Source: an uncultured Methanomassiliicoccales archaeon
GTDB taxonomy: Archaea > Thermoplasmatota > Thermoplasmata > Methanomassiliicoccales > Methanomethylophilaceae
Length of the DNA stretch: 32,758 bases
Direction: 5' to 3'
Assembly (NCBI GenBank): GCA_964369035.1
Contig: CAYJDU010000001.1
Span: 1 to 32,758, forward strand
Shown here: positions 1 to 8,425 of the stretch, piece after piece
Layout of the letters: the number at the start of each line of letters is the position of its first letter
Numbering within the stretch: the stretch's first letter is position 1
Program-made: the position numbers and the translations under genes
The notes under the pieces: generated by a model
Databases searched by the model: none
What the model saw: only the letters and a program-made list of their open reading frames with translations
Told to the model about the DNA's origin: nothing

Positions 1-714
1 ATTGTATTCTTCGACCAATTTCATTTGGTCCTCGTAGCTCTTTATCTTTGCTCTCAGAACAGTACTTTCTTCCTGCTTACCTCTTAGTATTTTTAACTCG
101 GTCTCAAGACGGACCTCTTCTTCTACCAGTTCATTATATTCCTGGCCTTTTGTTTTAGCTAAGGCGATAAGTTCCTCATTTTTATCTATTTTATCGACGA
201 TTTCGCCAATCCCTTTGTTATAGGTTATCCTAGAGGTATTCAACAGTTCTTCCATCTCTGAATTGATATCTGCGGAGATTTGTGGCATGTTCTCCCCTCC
301 AGGAACCGTAAGGAAGCGTTTCTTAATGTCCCCAGACTCAACAAGTTTCGTATCTATCAGTTCGTCTGGATTCATCGCGTAGACGTTCCTGTAGATATCT
401 GGGTCCACGCCTGAGATGTCGGATGGCATCTTCTCAATATTCGAGGATACTTTGTTCCCGTCACGTTTGATTGTGAATTTTTCTTCGGAATCCGTGGTAC
501 AGTCTATCTCCCCGGAGTCTGTGTTAGAGGTTAGTGGATACACTCCTTTCGTGCGTGCGGATGTTTTGAACAGCGTGGTCCGGATGAACTCTTTCAAAGT
601 TGTTTTCCCACTTTCGTTCTCTCCATAACATACCGTCAATCCAGACGACATGGGGCCGAAGTCCCTATTTACCAGTTTACCGAAAAGACGTATGCGTATA
701 GCATCTATCTTCAT
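1..714 (-). CDS. SbcC/Rad50-like (YhaN-type) AAA ATPase, N-terminal 238 codons; the gene continues past the left edge
   Basis: Absent from the ORF track because it is truncated. My translation from ATG 714-712 gives MKIDAIRIRLFGKLVNRDFGPMSSGLTVCYGENESGKTTLKEFIRTTLFKTSARTKGVYPL..., with Walker A GENESGKT. I checked the frame open from 714 down to nt 181. It turns charged and helical (...SEMEELLNTSRITYNKGIGEIVDKIDK). The ATGA start/stop overlap at 711-714 with the upstream metallophosphoesterase gene gives the classic SbcD-then-SbcC order. Confidence 0.75.
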   Translation of the reverse strand, partial: MKIDAIRIRLFGKLVNRDFGPMSSGLTVCYGENESGKTTLKEFIRTTLFKTSARTKGVYPLTSNTDSGEIDCTTDSEEKFTIKRDGNKVSSNIEKMPSDISGVDPDIYRNVYAMNPDELIDTKLVESGDIKKRFLTVPGGENMPQISADINSEMEELLNTSRITYNKGIGEIVDKIDKNEELIALAKTKGQEYNELVEEEVRLETELKILRGKQEESTVLRAKIKSYEDQMKLVEEYN

Positions 715-1898
715 TCCGAGGCCTCCAAAAAGCGTTCTAGAAGTCTTATCTCTGCGTCTTGTACCAATCCTTTGAGTTCATCGTCGCTCATATTTTCGAA
801 ATATCTCTGAAGATGTATCTTGGAGGTCCCTGTGCTGCAGATAGCTTCTATCAGACTTTTCCGGTCTACGTTCCCTACCGAGTCTGAAACTTCTGTGACC
901 TTGGATACAAGGTCATTCTTACCAGCGGGGGGTGAACTTCCAGGTCTGGACCTTAATTCTATTTTTTCTATTATACATTCCGACCTGTCTTGTATCGTTT
1001 TTATTACATCCTCGGGCGCGGTCCTCAACATATGGTCCAGCACGCCCCGTCCAATTATCGTCAGTCGTATAACTGAATCCTTTTTGACCGATGAGGTTAC
1101 CTGTTCTATGAACGTATGGAGGTCACATCCTGTAATGTCCACTTCGATCTTTTCCCAAATGATGGTCTGGGTCGGGACGAAACGTAAATCTGTTAAAGTA
1201 TTACTCGTGACGGTGACGACATAAGCACCTTTTTCGCCCGATTCTTTTATGTTCCTTCCTTGTGGATTGCCCGGGTATATGACGTAAGGGCGTTCGTGCA
1301 TAACCATACGTTTGTGTATGTGTCCTAGAGCCCAGTAATCGATATCTTTAGTTATCAGATCGCTTAACTTACTAGGTGCATATCCAGAATCATCTTGGGA
1401 ATCAACGTCGCAGTGGACACAACCGACTGTGAATATCCCTTTGGACCCTTCTAATCTTATTGCAAGGTCCTCACTGGTATTCTTGAACATAAAACTTATT
1501 CCAGCTATCTCTACCCGCCCCCCGTTTTTAAGATCTATAGCAAAACGTTCGGGCTCCCCTCCGAATTCATATGCGTTGATTGGAAGTGGTATACTGTCTT
1601 CCCAGTTAGTTTTTGAATCGTGGTTCCCTCTGGCGATAAAACATGGGACGGCCACCTTTTTGAGCAGTTCTGCGAATCGGAATCTTGTACCAGGTGTGAT
1701 CGTTTCTTTATCGAATATGTCTCCGGATATTACCATGAAGTCTGCGTTCTCTGAAACCACAAGATCTATTATATTAGAGAACGAATCAAATGTGGATTCG
1801 GTCATTTTTTCTGCAAGATGCGGGTCTTTGGACCTTACCCCGGAGAATCTGCTGCCTAAGTGTAGGTCCGCGCAGTGTACGAATTTGAAGCCGGACAT
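711..1898 (-). CDS. SbcD/Mre11-family metallophosphoesterase DNA exonuclease (YhaO-like)
   Basis: 395-aa ORF with calcineurin-like phosphoesterase motifs in order: HCADLHLG, SGDIFD, RGNHD, ALGHIH. It is translationally coupled to the downstream Walker-A ATPase. Confidence 0.85.
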   Translation of the reverse strand: MSGFKFVHCADLHLGSRFSGVRSKDPHLAEKMTESTFDSFSNIIDLVVSENADFMVISGDIFDKETITPGTRFRFAELLKKVAVPCFIARGNHDSKTNWEDSIPLPINAYEFGGEPERFAIDLKNGGRVEIAGISFMFKNTSEDLAIRLEGSKGIFTVGCVHCDVDSQDDSGYAPSKLSDLITKDIDYWALGHIHKRMVMHERPYVIYPGNPQGRNIKESGEKGAYVVTVTSNTLTDLRFVPTQTIIWEKIEVDITGCDLHTFIEQVTSSVKKDSVIRLTIIGRGVLDHMLRTAPEDVIKTIQDRSECIIEKIELRSRPGSSPPAGKNDLVSKVTEVSDSVGNVDRKSLIEAICSTGTSKIHLQRYFENMSDDELKGLVQDAEIRLLERFLEASE

Positions 1899-2027
1899 AT
1901 TTTTAGTAAGGGTCCACTTCTTTAAATAATGGGTCAGAGGAGATAGACCGAATACTCCGAAAATGGACCTACGTCATCAATACCGTCAAATATTAAACTA
2001 TGAACACTATTCAAATGCTGGCCATAC

Positions 2028-3833
2028 ATGGACTGCATAAAGAAAAAGGTAAAAGAGGAAGTGGAACGGGGATGCATAGGTTCGGACCTGGACTGCCCTT
2101 ATTATCCGAGCCATTTTGTAGGCCAGGATTGTACGTTCTGTTATTGCCCATTCTATCCTTGCGAGGATACTATTTTTGGTAAATTTAAGACTTCTAAACG
2201 AGGTAAAGAGGTATGGGACTGTAGTGACTGTCTGTTCATACACCGTAGCGACGTCGTCAAGTTCGTAATGAATTCCGTCCGAAAGGTTGGTATCGATGAC
2301 TGTAACGATCAAAATATCAAGGAGATATTCAGCGAAGCTAAGGAAAAGTTCTGGCGTAGGGGAAAGGCATTCATGGTCCTCGGTGCGACATCCGATGCAG
2401 GTAAATCGGTAACGGTAGCGGCAATCTGCAGGATATTACATAGAAAAGGGTTGATAGTTTCCCCTTTCAAGTCCCAAAATATGAGCCTCAACTCAAAGGT
2501 CACCCGCACTGGTTCTGAGATCGCAATGATTCAGACCCTCCAGGCTCAGGCCGCTGGACTTAAAAACACAGATTTCCACATGAATCCTATACTCATGAAA
2601 CCCAAAGGGGACACTGTATCGGAAATCATTGTGGACGGTGAACATTTTGCTAATTATGACGTTACATCATTTTACAAAGATTTTGTTCCAGGACCTGGCA
2701 CGGAGGCAGTAAAAAGAAATGTTGATTTTCTCCTGAACAGATATGACGTGGTGGTCATGGAAGGCGCTGGATCCCCAGCGGAGATAAACATCTACGATCG
2801 TGACATAGCGAACATGAAGGCTGCTGTGATTGCAGATGCGAATTGTATACTGGTGGTGAATGCAGAATGGGGTGGGTCCTTCGCTTATGCCCTAGGTACG
2901 GTGGAACTCATACCTAAAAACGATAGGGGACGCATCAAAGGCATAGTCATCAACAACGTGCGGGGGGACCCTGAGAAGATGAGGCCTGGTGCCAACGAGT
3001 TAGAGAGTATGTTAGGCATACCTGTCATCGGGATAGTTCCTCACGCTGATGTTAGACTTCCACGGGAAGATTCTGAAAGTTTCCGCAATTCTCGCACCGT
3101 TGGTGACGGTGACCTTCGTATAGTCGTTGTCAAATTCCCTAGGATATCTAATTTTACAGACGTAGACCCTCTTTTACTGGAGGATGCAACGGTGGTGTTC
3201 GCCCAATATCCGGAAGAGTTCGAAGGTGCAGATGCCATCGTGCTGCCTGGGACCAAGAATACGATATCCGACCTAGAATGGATGAAAAATTCCGGGATAG
3301 CATCTAAGGTCCTTTCCATGAAAGGTAAAGTACCTATCATAGGTATCTGTGGAGGATATCAGATGATGGGTAAGGTCCTCTCAGATCCTAAAGGTATAGA
3401 GGAGAGAACGCCGACGGAAGTCGATGGACTAAGTCTTTTTAATAACGTTACGACTTGGGACGAAGGTTATAAATGTGTAAGGCAGGACCGTGGTACCATA
3501 ATTAACACGGGAGGGGCCGTCACAGGATATGAGATACATTCAGGCGTCACAGAAGTCAACGAAAAACCGCTTTTTAACATTAATAAGTTCAATAAGAACA
3601 ATCCGGAGGGGTCGGTGCGAGAGGACGAGATGCTGTTTGGAACGTACTTACATGGGGTATTCGACACAGTGGATTTCCGCAATTATTTCCTATCTTTCAT
3701 AAAAGGTGCCAAAGGCAGTAAAGGCATAGATTATTTTGATTTTGTCGATGAGAACCTTGATAAGTTAGCTGACGCGTTCGAAAATTCACTGGACATAGAA
3801 AAAATGATGGATATTATAGGGGCGAAACAATGA
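2028..3833 (+). CDS. cobQ: Cobyric acid synthase CobQ/CbiP with an N-terminal Cys-rich small domain
   Basis: 601 aa. The first ~70 aa hold 9 Cys, including QDCTFCYCPFYPC, the signature of the cobalamin-associated Cys-rich small domain. The CobQ ATPase domain follows (LGATSDAGKSV, MEGAGSPAEINIYDRDIAN), then the GATase-like domain with the nucleophile motif IGICGGYQMMG and YLHGVFD. Confidence 0.9.
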   Translation: MDCIKKKVKEEVERGCIGSDLDCPYYPSHFVGQDCTFCYCPFYPCEDTIFGKFKTSKRGKEVWDCSDCLFIHRSDVVKFVMNSVRKVGIDDCNDQNIKEIFSEAKEKFWRRGKAFMVLGATSDAGKSVTVAAICRILHRKGLIVSPFKSQNMSLNSKVTRTGSEIAMIQTLQAQAAGLKNTDFHMNPILMKPKGDTVSEIIVDGEHFANYDVTSFYKDFVPGPGTEAVKRNVDFLLNRYDVVVMEGAGSPAEINIYDRDIANMKAAVIADANCILVVNAEWGGSFAYALGTVELIPKNDRGRIKGIVINNVRGDPEKMRPGANELESMLGIPVIGIVPHADVRLPREDSESFRNSRTVGDGDLRIVVVKFPRISNFTDVDPLLLEDATVVFAQYPEEFEGADAIVLPGTKNTISDLEWMKNSGIASKVLSMKGKVPIIGICGGYQMMGKVLSDPKGIEERTPTEVDGLSLFNNVTTWDEGYKCVRQDRGTIINTGGAVTGYEIHSGVTEVNEKPLFNINKFNKNNPEGSVREDEMLFGTYLHGVFDTVDFRNYFLSFIKGAKGSKGIDYFDFVDENLDKLADAFENSLDIEKMMDIIGAKQ

Positions 3834-4648
3834 GAATCCTGTTCTTAGGTACATCCTCTGGTGCAGGGAAGACGACGATAGCTGCTATGTATTGTAGATA
3901 TCTAGCCAGGGGTGGCATATCGGTAGCTCCATTCAAGGCGTCTAACCTTTCTTTTAAATCTTGTATTACAGATGATGGTGAGATAGGTATAGGTCAAGCT
4001 TTCCAGGCGCTCGCATCAGGTATAGTCCCGGAAGTGGACATGAACCCGATCCTCTTAAAACCTCTAGGTAATGGAAGGATACAGTTGCTTTTGAATGGAG
4101 TCCCTCATTCTTATATAAGTTACAAAGACCCCTTGGACGTTGGAATGGCAACAGCTGAAGCCTGTAAGGCATTCGACCGTCTGTCCGAGAAGTATGAAGC
4201 GATAGTATGCGAAGGCTCCGGTTCTCCTGCAGAGATCAATCTACGCGATAGGGATATCGCCAATATCGGTATGATGAGGGAACGTGGTATTCCTGCCGTA
4301 CTTATCGGTGATATCGAAAGAGGCGGTGTGTTTGCAGCTCTGTATGGAACTTGGAAATTGATCCCGGAAGACCAAAGAGGTCTTTTAAAGGGATTCATAA
4401 TAAACCGTTTCCGGGGTGATATCACGATACTTGGAAGCGGTATAACCCGTATAGAAGAACTGACGGGCATGAAATGTCTCGGGGTATTGCCCTATGTTGA
4501 TCTATCTTTCCCAGAAGAAGACTCCTTATCAAACAAACATGAACCCGAAAGCGATGAAGGGTACATCAAGAATCTGGATTCTATGATAGATGGTGCAGGA
4601 CAATGGGGATTCGATTTTAAATCCTTAAGGAAGATCTCTGAAGGATGA
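3830..4648 (+). CDS. CobQ-like nucleotide-binding domain protein lacking the glutamine amidotransferase domain (paralogue of the upstream gene)
   Basis: 272 aa with an ATGA overlap onto cobQ. It aligns by eye with the cobQ N-terminal half: LGTSSGAGKTT vs LGATSDAGKSV, CEGSGSPAEINLRDRDIAN vs MEGAGSPAEINIYDRDIAN, FIINRFRGD vs IVINNVRGD, LPYVDLSFPEEDS vs VPHADVRLPREDS. It ends before any GICGGYQ-type region. Confidence 0.7.
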   Translation: MRILFLGTSSGAGKTTIAAMYCRYLARGGISVAPFKASNLSFKSCITDDGEIGIGQAFQALASGIVPEVDMNPILLKPLGNGRIQLLLNGVPHSYISYKDPLDVGMATAEACKAFDRLSEKYEAIVCEGSGSPAEINLRDRDIANIGMMRERGIPAVLIGDIERGGVFAALYGTWKLIPEDQRGLLKGFIINRFRGDITILGSGITRIEELTGMKCLGVLPYVDLSFPEEDSLSNKHEPESDEGYIKNLDSMIDGAGQWGFDFKSLRKISEG

Positions 4649-4888
4649 TCATCCCCCAGAGGCGACCTTGATAGTTTGTATCCTCATACCTTCCCTGAGG
4701 GGTGTGTCCGATGGAATCGGGATTCCATCCACTAAAAACAAGAATGTGTTAGGGGGGATATCCATAGAACGAAGGGCATCTGCTATGGTGCCTTTTATCT
4801 CTAATTCGGTGTCCTTTCTGTTCATTGTGATAATAGCGCCCACAATTACGTATATTTGCGTATCCTTGATATTCTTTCCCATCACCAT
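4649..4888 (-). CDS. ThiS/MoaD-type beta-grasp ubiquitin-like small protein with C-terminal Gly-Gly (SAMP-like)
   Basis: 79-aa ORF ending ...GMRIQTIKVASGG-stop. Size and the diglycine terminus fit ThiS/MoaD/SAMP. An alternative start at Met22 (ATG 4825-4823, 58 aa) has a TATA-like AAATATA about 28 nt upstream on the minus strand. Confidence 0.55.
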   Translation of the reverse strand: MVMGKNIKDTQIYVIVGAIITMNRKDTELEIKGTIADALRSMDIPPNTFLFLVDGIPIPSDTPLREGMRIQTIKVASGG

Positions 4889-4917
4889 TTTTATAAAATA
4901 AACGTTATTCTTACAGG

Positions 4918-5172
4918 ATGAAAGCAGCGTATCTGTTGGTATTGTTGTTTACAGTGTTCGCTATAACCGTTGTCGTTATAGCCGATGACGTTGCCGCTGA
5001 GGCTGAGTCGGAACACTTAAACATCGTCGATATGACTCTTTCTGAGATATTCGAATATTACAAACCACTTTATTTTCCAGGACTTTGTCTGACGGTCTCG
5101 GTGTTCTTCTTTTATAAGATTATGAGGTATTCTTTTTTTGATGAGCCTAAGGAGAGGAAGAGATCGCGATGA
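4918..5172 (+). CDS. Small membrane protein with two predicted hydrophobic helices
   Basis: 84 aa. Hydrophobic stretches are AAYLLVLLFTVFAITVVVIA and PGLCLTVSVFFFY, with a basic tail KERKRSR. It overlaps the next gene as ATGA. TTTATAAAAT at 4890-4899 lies about 24 nt upstream of the ATG. Confidence 0.45.
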   Translation: MKAAYLLVLLFTVFAITVVVIADDVAAEAESEHLNIVDMTLSEIFEYYKPLYFPGLCLTVSVFFFYKIMRYSFFDEPKERKRSR

Positions 5173-5786
5173 GTAAAAAATTCTATACGTTGGAAGATTT
5201 TTTTGTCGAAGATATTTATGTGTTAGATACGGAGACCACAGGTCTCAAAGGTGCACCAGAAGATGTTATAGTGGACATAGGTGTCTGTAAAGTGGATATT
5301 AAAAGCGGGAAGGTAGAGCCTGTGTATTCGTCGATAGTGGGGTACGATACGTCGAGATGGAACGACTACCGTCGTAACGCATGGATATTTGATAACACTG
5401 ATTTGACCTTGGAGATGGTCCACTCCGCACCACCGTTAAGTAAGATCCTGATCGAGATATCTGCTCTGTTGAGTGGTAAAAAGGTCACATCGTACAACAC
5501 AGATTATGATATGGATAAGTTCCTTTATCGTGAACCATGGAATATGAAAGGTCTGTTCATACCTTGTACGGACATAATGAAGGCCGCTACATACGTGTGC
5601 AAGGTCCCAAGTCAATATTATGGCAGGGAATATCAATATCCCAAACTGGACCGTGCTTACATGATGATAACCGATGGTGATCCCGCTGGAATAGATGGTA
5701 AGCAGGATCATCGTGCGTTGTCCGATGCAACGGTAGCTTCACATGTTATGATACAAATGTATCGTGACGGGACTTACTCGCCCTGA
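5169..5786 (+). CDS. DEDDh (DnaQ-like) 3'-5' exonuclease
   Basis: 205 aa. ExoI is VLDTETTGL (D20/E22, nt 5226-5234), ExoII-like is SYNTDYDMDKFL, and ExoIII is DHRALSDA with the His. Confidence 0.8.
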   Translation: MSKKFYTLEDFFVEDIYVLDTETTGLKGAPEDVIVDIGVCKVDIKSGKVEPVYSSIVGYDTSRWNDYRRNAWIFDNTDLTLEMVHSAPPLSKILIEISALLSGKKVTSYNTDYDMDKFLYREPWNMKGLFIPCTDIMKAATYVCKVPSQYYGREYQYPKLDRAYMMITDGDPAGIDGKQDHRALSDATVASHVMIQMYRDGTYSP

Positions 5787-8425
5787 ACGACGTTATTCTG
5801 GACCACGCCGTCCTCTTCCATGCTTTTAATTATTTCCTCGTTTAGTTTCTTATCGAACCATCTTTCCGTATAATCAGATAGGAAAGAGAATACCCCGCTG
5901 CGTAGGACGGCCCTGGTAACAAAGAACCAGACCGCAACGAGGCCGATTAACGGTAGATAATATTCTGGCGGGAATACCGCGGTCCAAAGGAATTTTATAA
6001 CGAAATGTTGGGTTTGCGGTAAGAAGAAGATGCCGCAGAACAACAAGATCAACAATGCAACGAGGATTGTAGGTTTTTTGTCCTTAATGACCTTATCATC
6101 GGTTGAGAAGAATCTGTGTAACGGTTGGACCATCAGAAGCACAAGCATCCCTGAGAGTATCATAAAGAAGAACATGGCGTTACGCGCGTTGACATCTGCT
6201 ATGTTATTCTCAAAGCTCTCTATCGTCGTAAACATTCCTTTCAGGTCGATTCTCTTTATCATCTCTTCATAAGGGATACCGGCAGATTCGGCCATAAGGT
6301 GGTAATCTATGTTTATGAAAGATCCTGTGCCTACGTAAAATATAGCGTAAATAATCAGTCCGAATATGCCAATCATTATCGACGTTGGAATCGCGAAACG
6401 AATAACCTCAGGTAGTACCCTGTCCTTGTTGATTTCTGGTTTTGCCCATAGAGTCATCAGGAATGCTGCGATGGATACGGTCATCAAAGCGTACAGAGTG
6501 TTCTGTATCGGTTGTATAGGTGCGTTGCGTAGAAGCAACATAGTGAATAGTATGAAGACCACAAGGGTGAAGTTCCTGGTCAAATATATTTTTAAGATGT
6601 CCCTCATCCCGGTGACGGTCCTCCGTCCTTCAGTCAGAGCCTTTGGTAACGCAGAGAAGCTATCCTTCATAAGGACCATATCTGCAGCCCCGCGGGTAGC
6701 TCCACTCCCGCTTTCCAATGATATGCCTACTTGAGCGGACTTGATCGCTTTAACATCATTCACTCCGTCCCCGACCATTGCAACATATCGGTTGTTCATT
6801 CTCAGAGTGTCTATTATGGCCTCTTTTTGGTCAGGTTTCATGCGTCCGAATATGTTTGTTGCAAGAATAGCGTCCGTCCTTTCTTGACCTTCTAAGGCAT
6901 CTAGGTCGTCGCCGGACATTATCCTCCTTTCACCCGGTATATCTGCGATGTTGAACAGTGCTTCAACGGTCTCAGGGTCATCTCCTGAAATAACCTTTAT
7001 GTCGATATTGTTCTGTATGAATATTTCCATGGTCTCCCTGCAATCAGGGCGGATCTCGTCGGCTATCGCTACTACGCCTATGATTTTTAGTCCGTTCCGT
7101 ATAATCGGTTCTTCCCCATCAAAAAGATTCCCTGAACCTTCACATATTACGATGCTTCTCAATCCCTGTTTCGACATTGAACTGATTATCTCAGAAGCAT
7201 CCATCTGATCTTCCACATGTCTTTTCAGGACGTTCCATGCACCAACGTAAATCGTATGTTCCATCCCGTCTTTTTTCACACGGACCGCGCTATATTTCCT
7301 TTCGGATGAGAATTGTATCTCTTCGATCAGATCACTTTTCTCTGAACCGAATTTATCATCCAACACTTCCACAGTCCTGTTACGACTACCCGTTGCACCG
7401 GTGAACAGGCGTATCTGATTTTTCGCTCGTTCTTCGTCAATCTTAAATTCTATGCTCCTGAACAACAGACGGTTACTGGTGATGGTACCAGTCTTGTCCA
7501 TACAGACAGTATCCACATGGCTCATGGATTCCACCGAATTGGATCTTTGAAGCAATACTCCGGTATCGGCCATCCTTACGGCCGCTATCATGTACGTTAG
7601 AGTAATTAGAAGGAACAATGCTATTGGCACGACGTCCAGGATGATTGCGGCAGCTTTCAGTTCCTGCACTATAGATGTGAACTCTCCAAGGACGAATTTG
7701 AGGATCATATAGATGATCAGGACTATCCCTGCTACGGATATCAGTAGCTTCGTAACAGCCGAGGTCTCTAACTGTAGGGGCGTTTTCTTTCGTTTGTATT
7801 TACGGGCACTGACCAACATGTTCGCCGCAAATGTATCTGGTCCAAGTGCGGTGACCCTGAAGTAAGATTCGCCAGTTATACAGAACGAACCTGAGTATAT
7901 GGTATCTCCAACATGTTTCCTCACGGTGCTGGATTCTCCCGTCAAGGCAGCCTCGTCCATCTCAAGGGAACGCATTTCCAGGATCTCGCCGTCCACTAGG
8001 ACCTGATCTCCAGCCACAAGGTGGATGACATCGTCCATGACGATTTCTGATTGATCGATCACCACATCCTGACCGTTCCTGATGACGGTGACCATAGGCC
8101 TCATCTGTATGGCGATCCTGTCCAGCCTACGTTTGGCTTTGATTTCCTGTATGGTGGAGACAAAGATGTTAAGAGCGATTATACCTGTAGCCGACAGGGC
8201 GCTGTAAAGGTCCCCTGCTATGTACAAAAGTACACCCAGGATCATAAGGATCAAATTGAACCAATTCAGGAAATTCTCTATGAATATGTCTTTGTAACTA
8301 CGACTTACTGTTGTTTCGACGGAATTTATAAGGCCCTTTGCCTTCCGTTGTTCAATTTCATCGGCACTTAGGCCGCTGATACCCATAGACCCACATTCAA
8401 CTCCTTTATTAAATAGGCTGTACAT
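5774..8425 (-). CDS. Cation-transporting P-type (P2-like) ATPase
   Basis: 883 aa with TGES (ALTGESS), phosphorylation motif CMDKTGTITSN, hinge MVGDGVNDVKAIK, and multiple TM segments at both ends. The likely true start is MGISGLSADEIEQRK at ATG 8386-8384. Ion specificity cannot be read from the sequence. Confidence 0.9.
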   Translation of the reverse strand: MYSLFNKGVECGSMGISGLSADEIEQRKAKGLINSVETTVSRSYKDIFIENFLNWFNLILMILGVLLYIAGDLYSALSATGIIALNIFVSTIQEIKAKRRLDRIAIQMRPMVTVIRNGQDVVIDQSEIVMDDVIHLVAGDQVLVDGEILEMRSLEMDEAALTGESSTVRKHVGDTIYSGSFCITGESYFRVTALGPDTFAANMLVSARKYKRKKTPLQLETSAVTKLLISVAGIVLIIYMILKFVLGEFTSIVQELKAAAIILDVVPIALFLLITLTYMIAAVRMADTGVLLQRSNSVESMSHVDTVCMDKTGTITSNRLLFRSIEFKIDEERAKNQIRLFTGATGSRNRTVEVLDDKFGSEKSDLIEEIQFSSERKYSAVRVKKDGMEHTIYVGAWNVLKRHVEDQMDASEIISSMSKQGLRSIVICEGSGNLFDGEEPIIRNGLKIIGVVAIADEIRPDCRETMEIFIQNNIDIKVISGDDPETVEALFNIADIPGERRIMSGDDLDALEGQERTDAILATNIFGRMKPDQKEAIIDTLRMNNRYVAMVGDGVNDVKAIKSAQVGISLESGSGATRGAADMVLMKDSFSALPKALTEGRRTVTGMRDILKIYLTRNFTLVVFILFTMLLLRNAPIQPIQNTLYALMTVSIAAFLMTLWAKPEINKDRVLPEVIRFAIPTSIMIGIFGLIIYAIFYVGTGSFINIDYHLMAESAGIPYEEMIKRIDLKGMFTTIESFENNIADVNARNAMFFFMILSGMLVLLMVQPLHRFFSTDDKVIKDKKPTILVALLILLFCGIFFLPQTQHFVIKFLWTAVFPPEYYLPLIGLVAVWFFVTRAVLRSGVFSFLSDYTERWFDKKLNEEIIKSMEEDGVVQNNVVQGE

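Noticed and set aside
820-1929. Long plus-strand ORFs (820-1224, 1429-1929) opposite the SbcD-like gene. Similar antisense ORFs occur at 6366-6734, 13031-13402, 16281-16760, 23711-24115, 29241-29636 and 30414-30779.
   Set aside because: Each lies wholly inside a gene with strong family motifs on the other strand. Their translations are low-complexity, rich in S/R/L/P, with no recognisable motifs. These are typical shadow ORFs.
1899-2027. Possible cobalamin riboswitch upstream of cobQ.
   Set aside because: The spacer is only 129 bp and is shared with the divergent SbcD-like gene. It is A/T-rich with no B12-box-like conserved core or extended pairing. A plain promoter region with AAATATTAAA at 1988-1997 is more likely.
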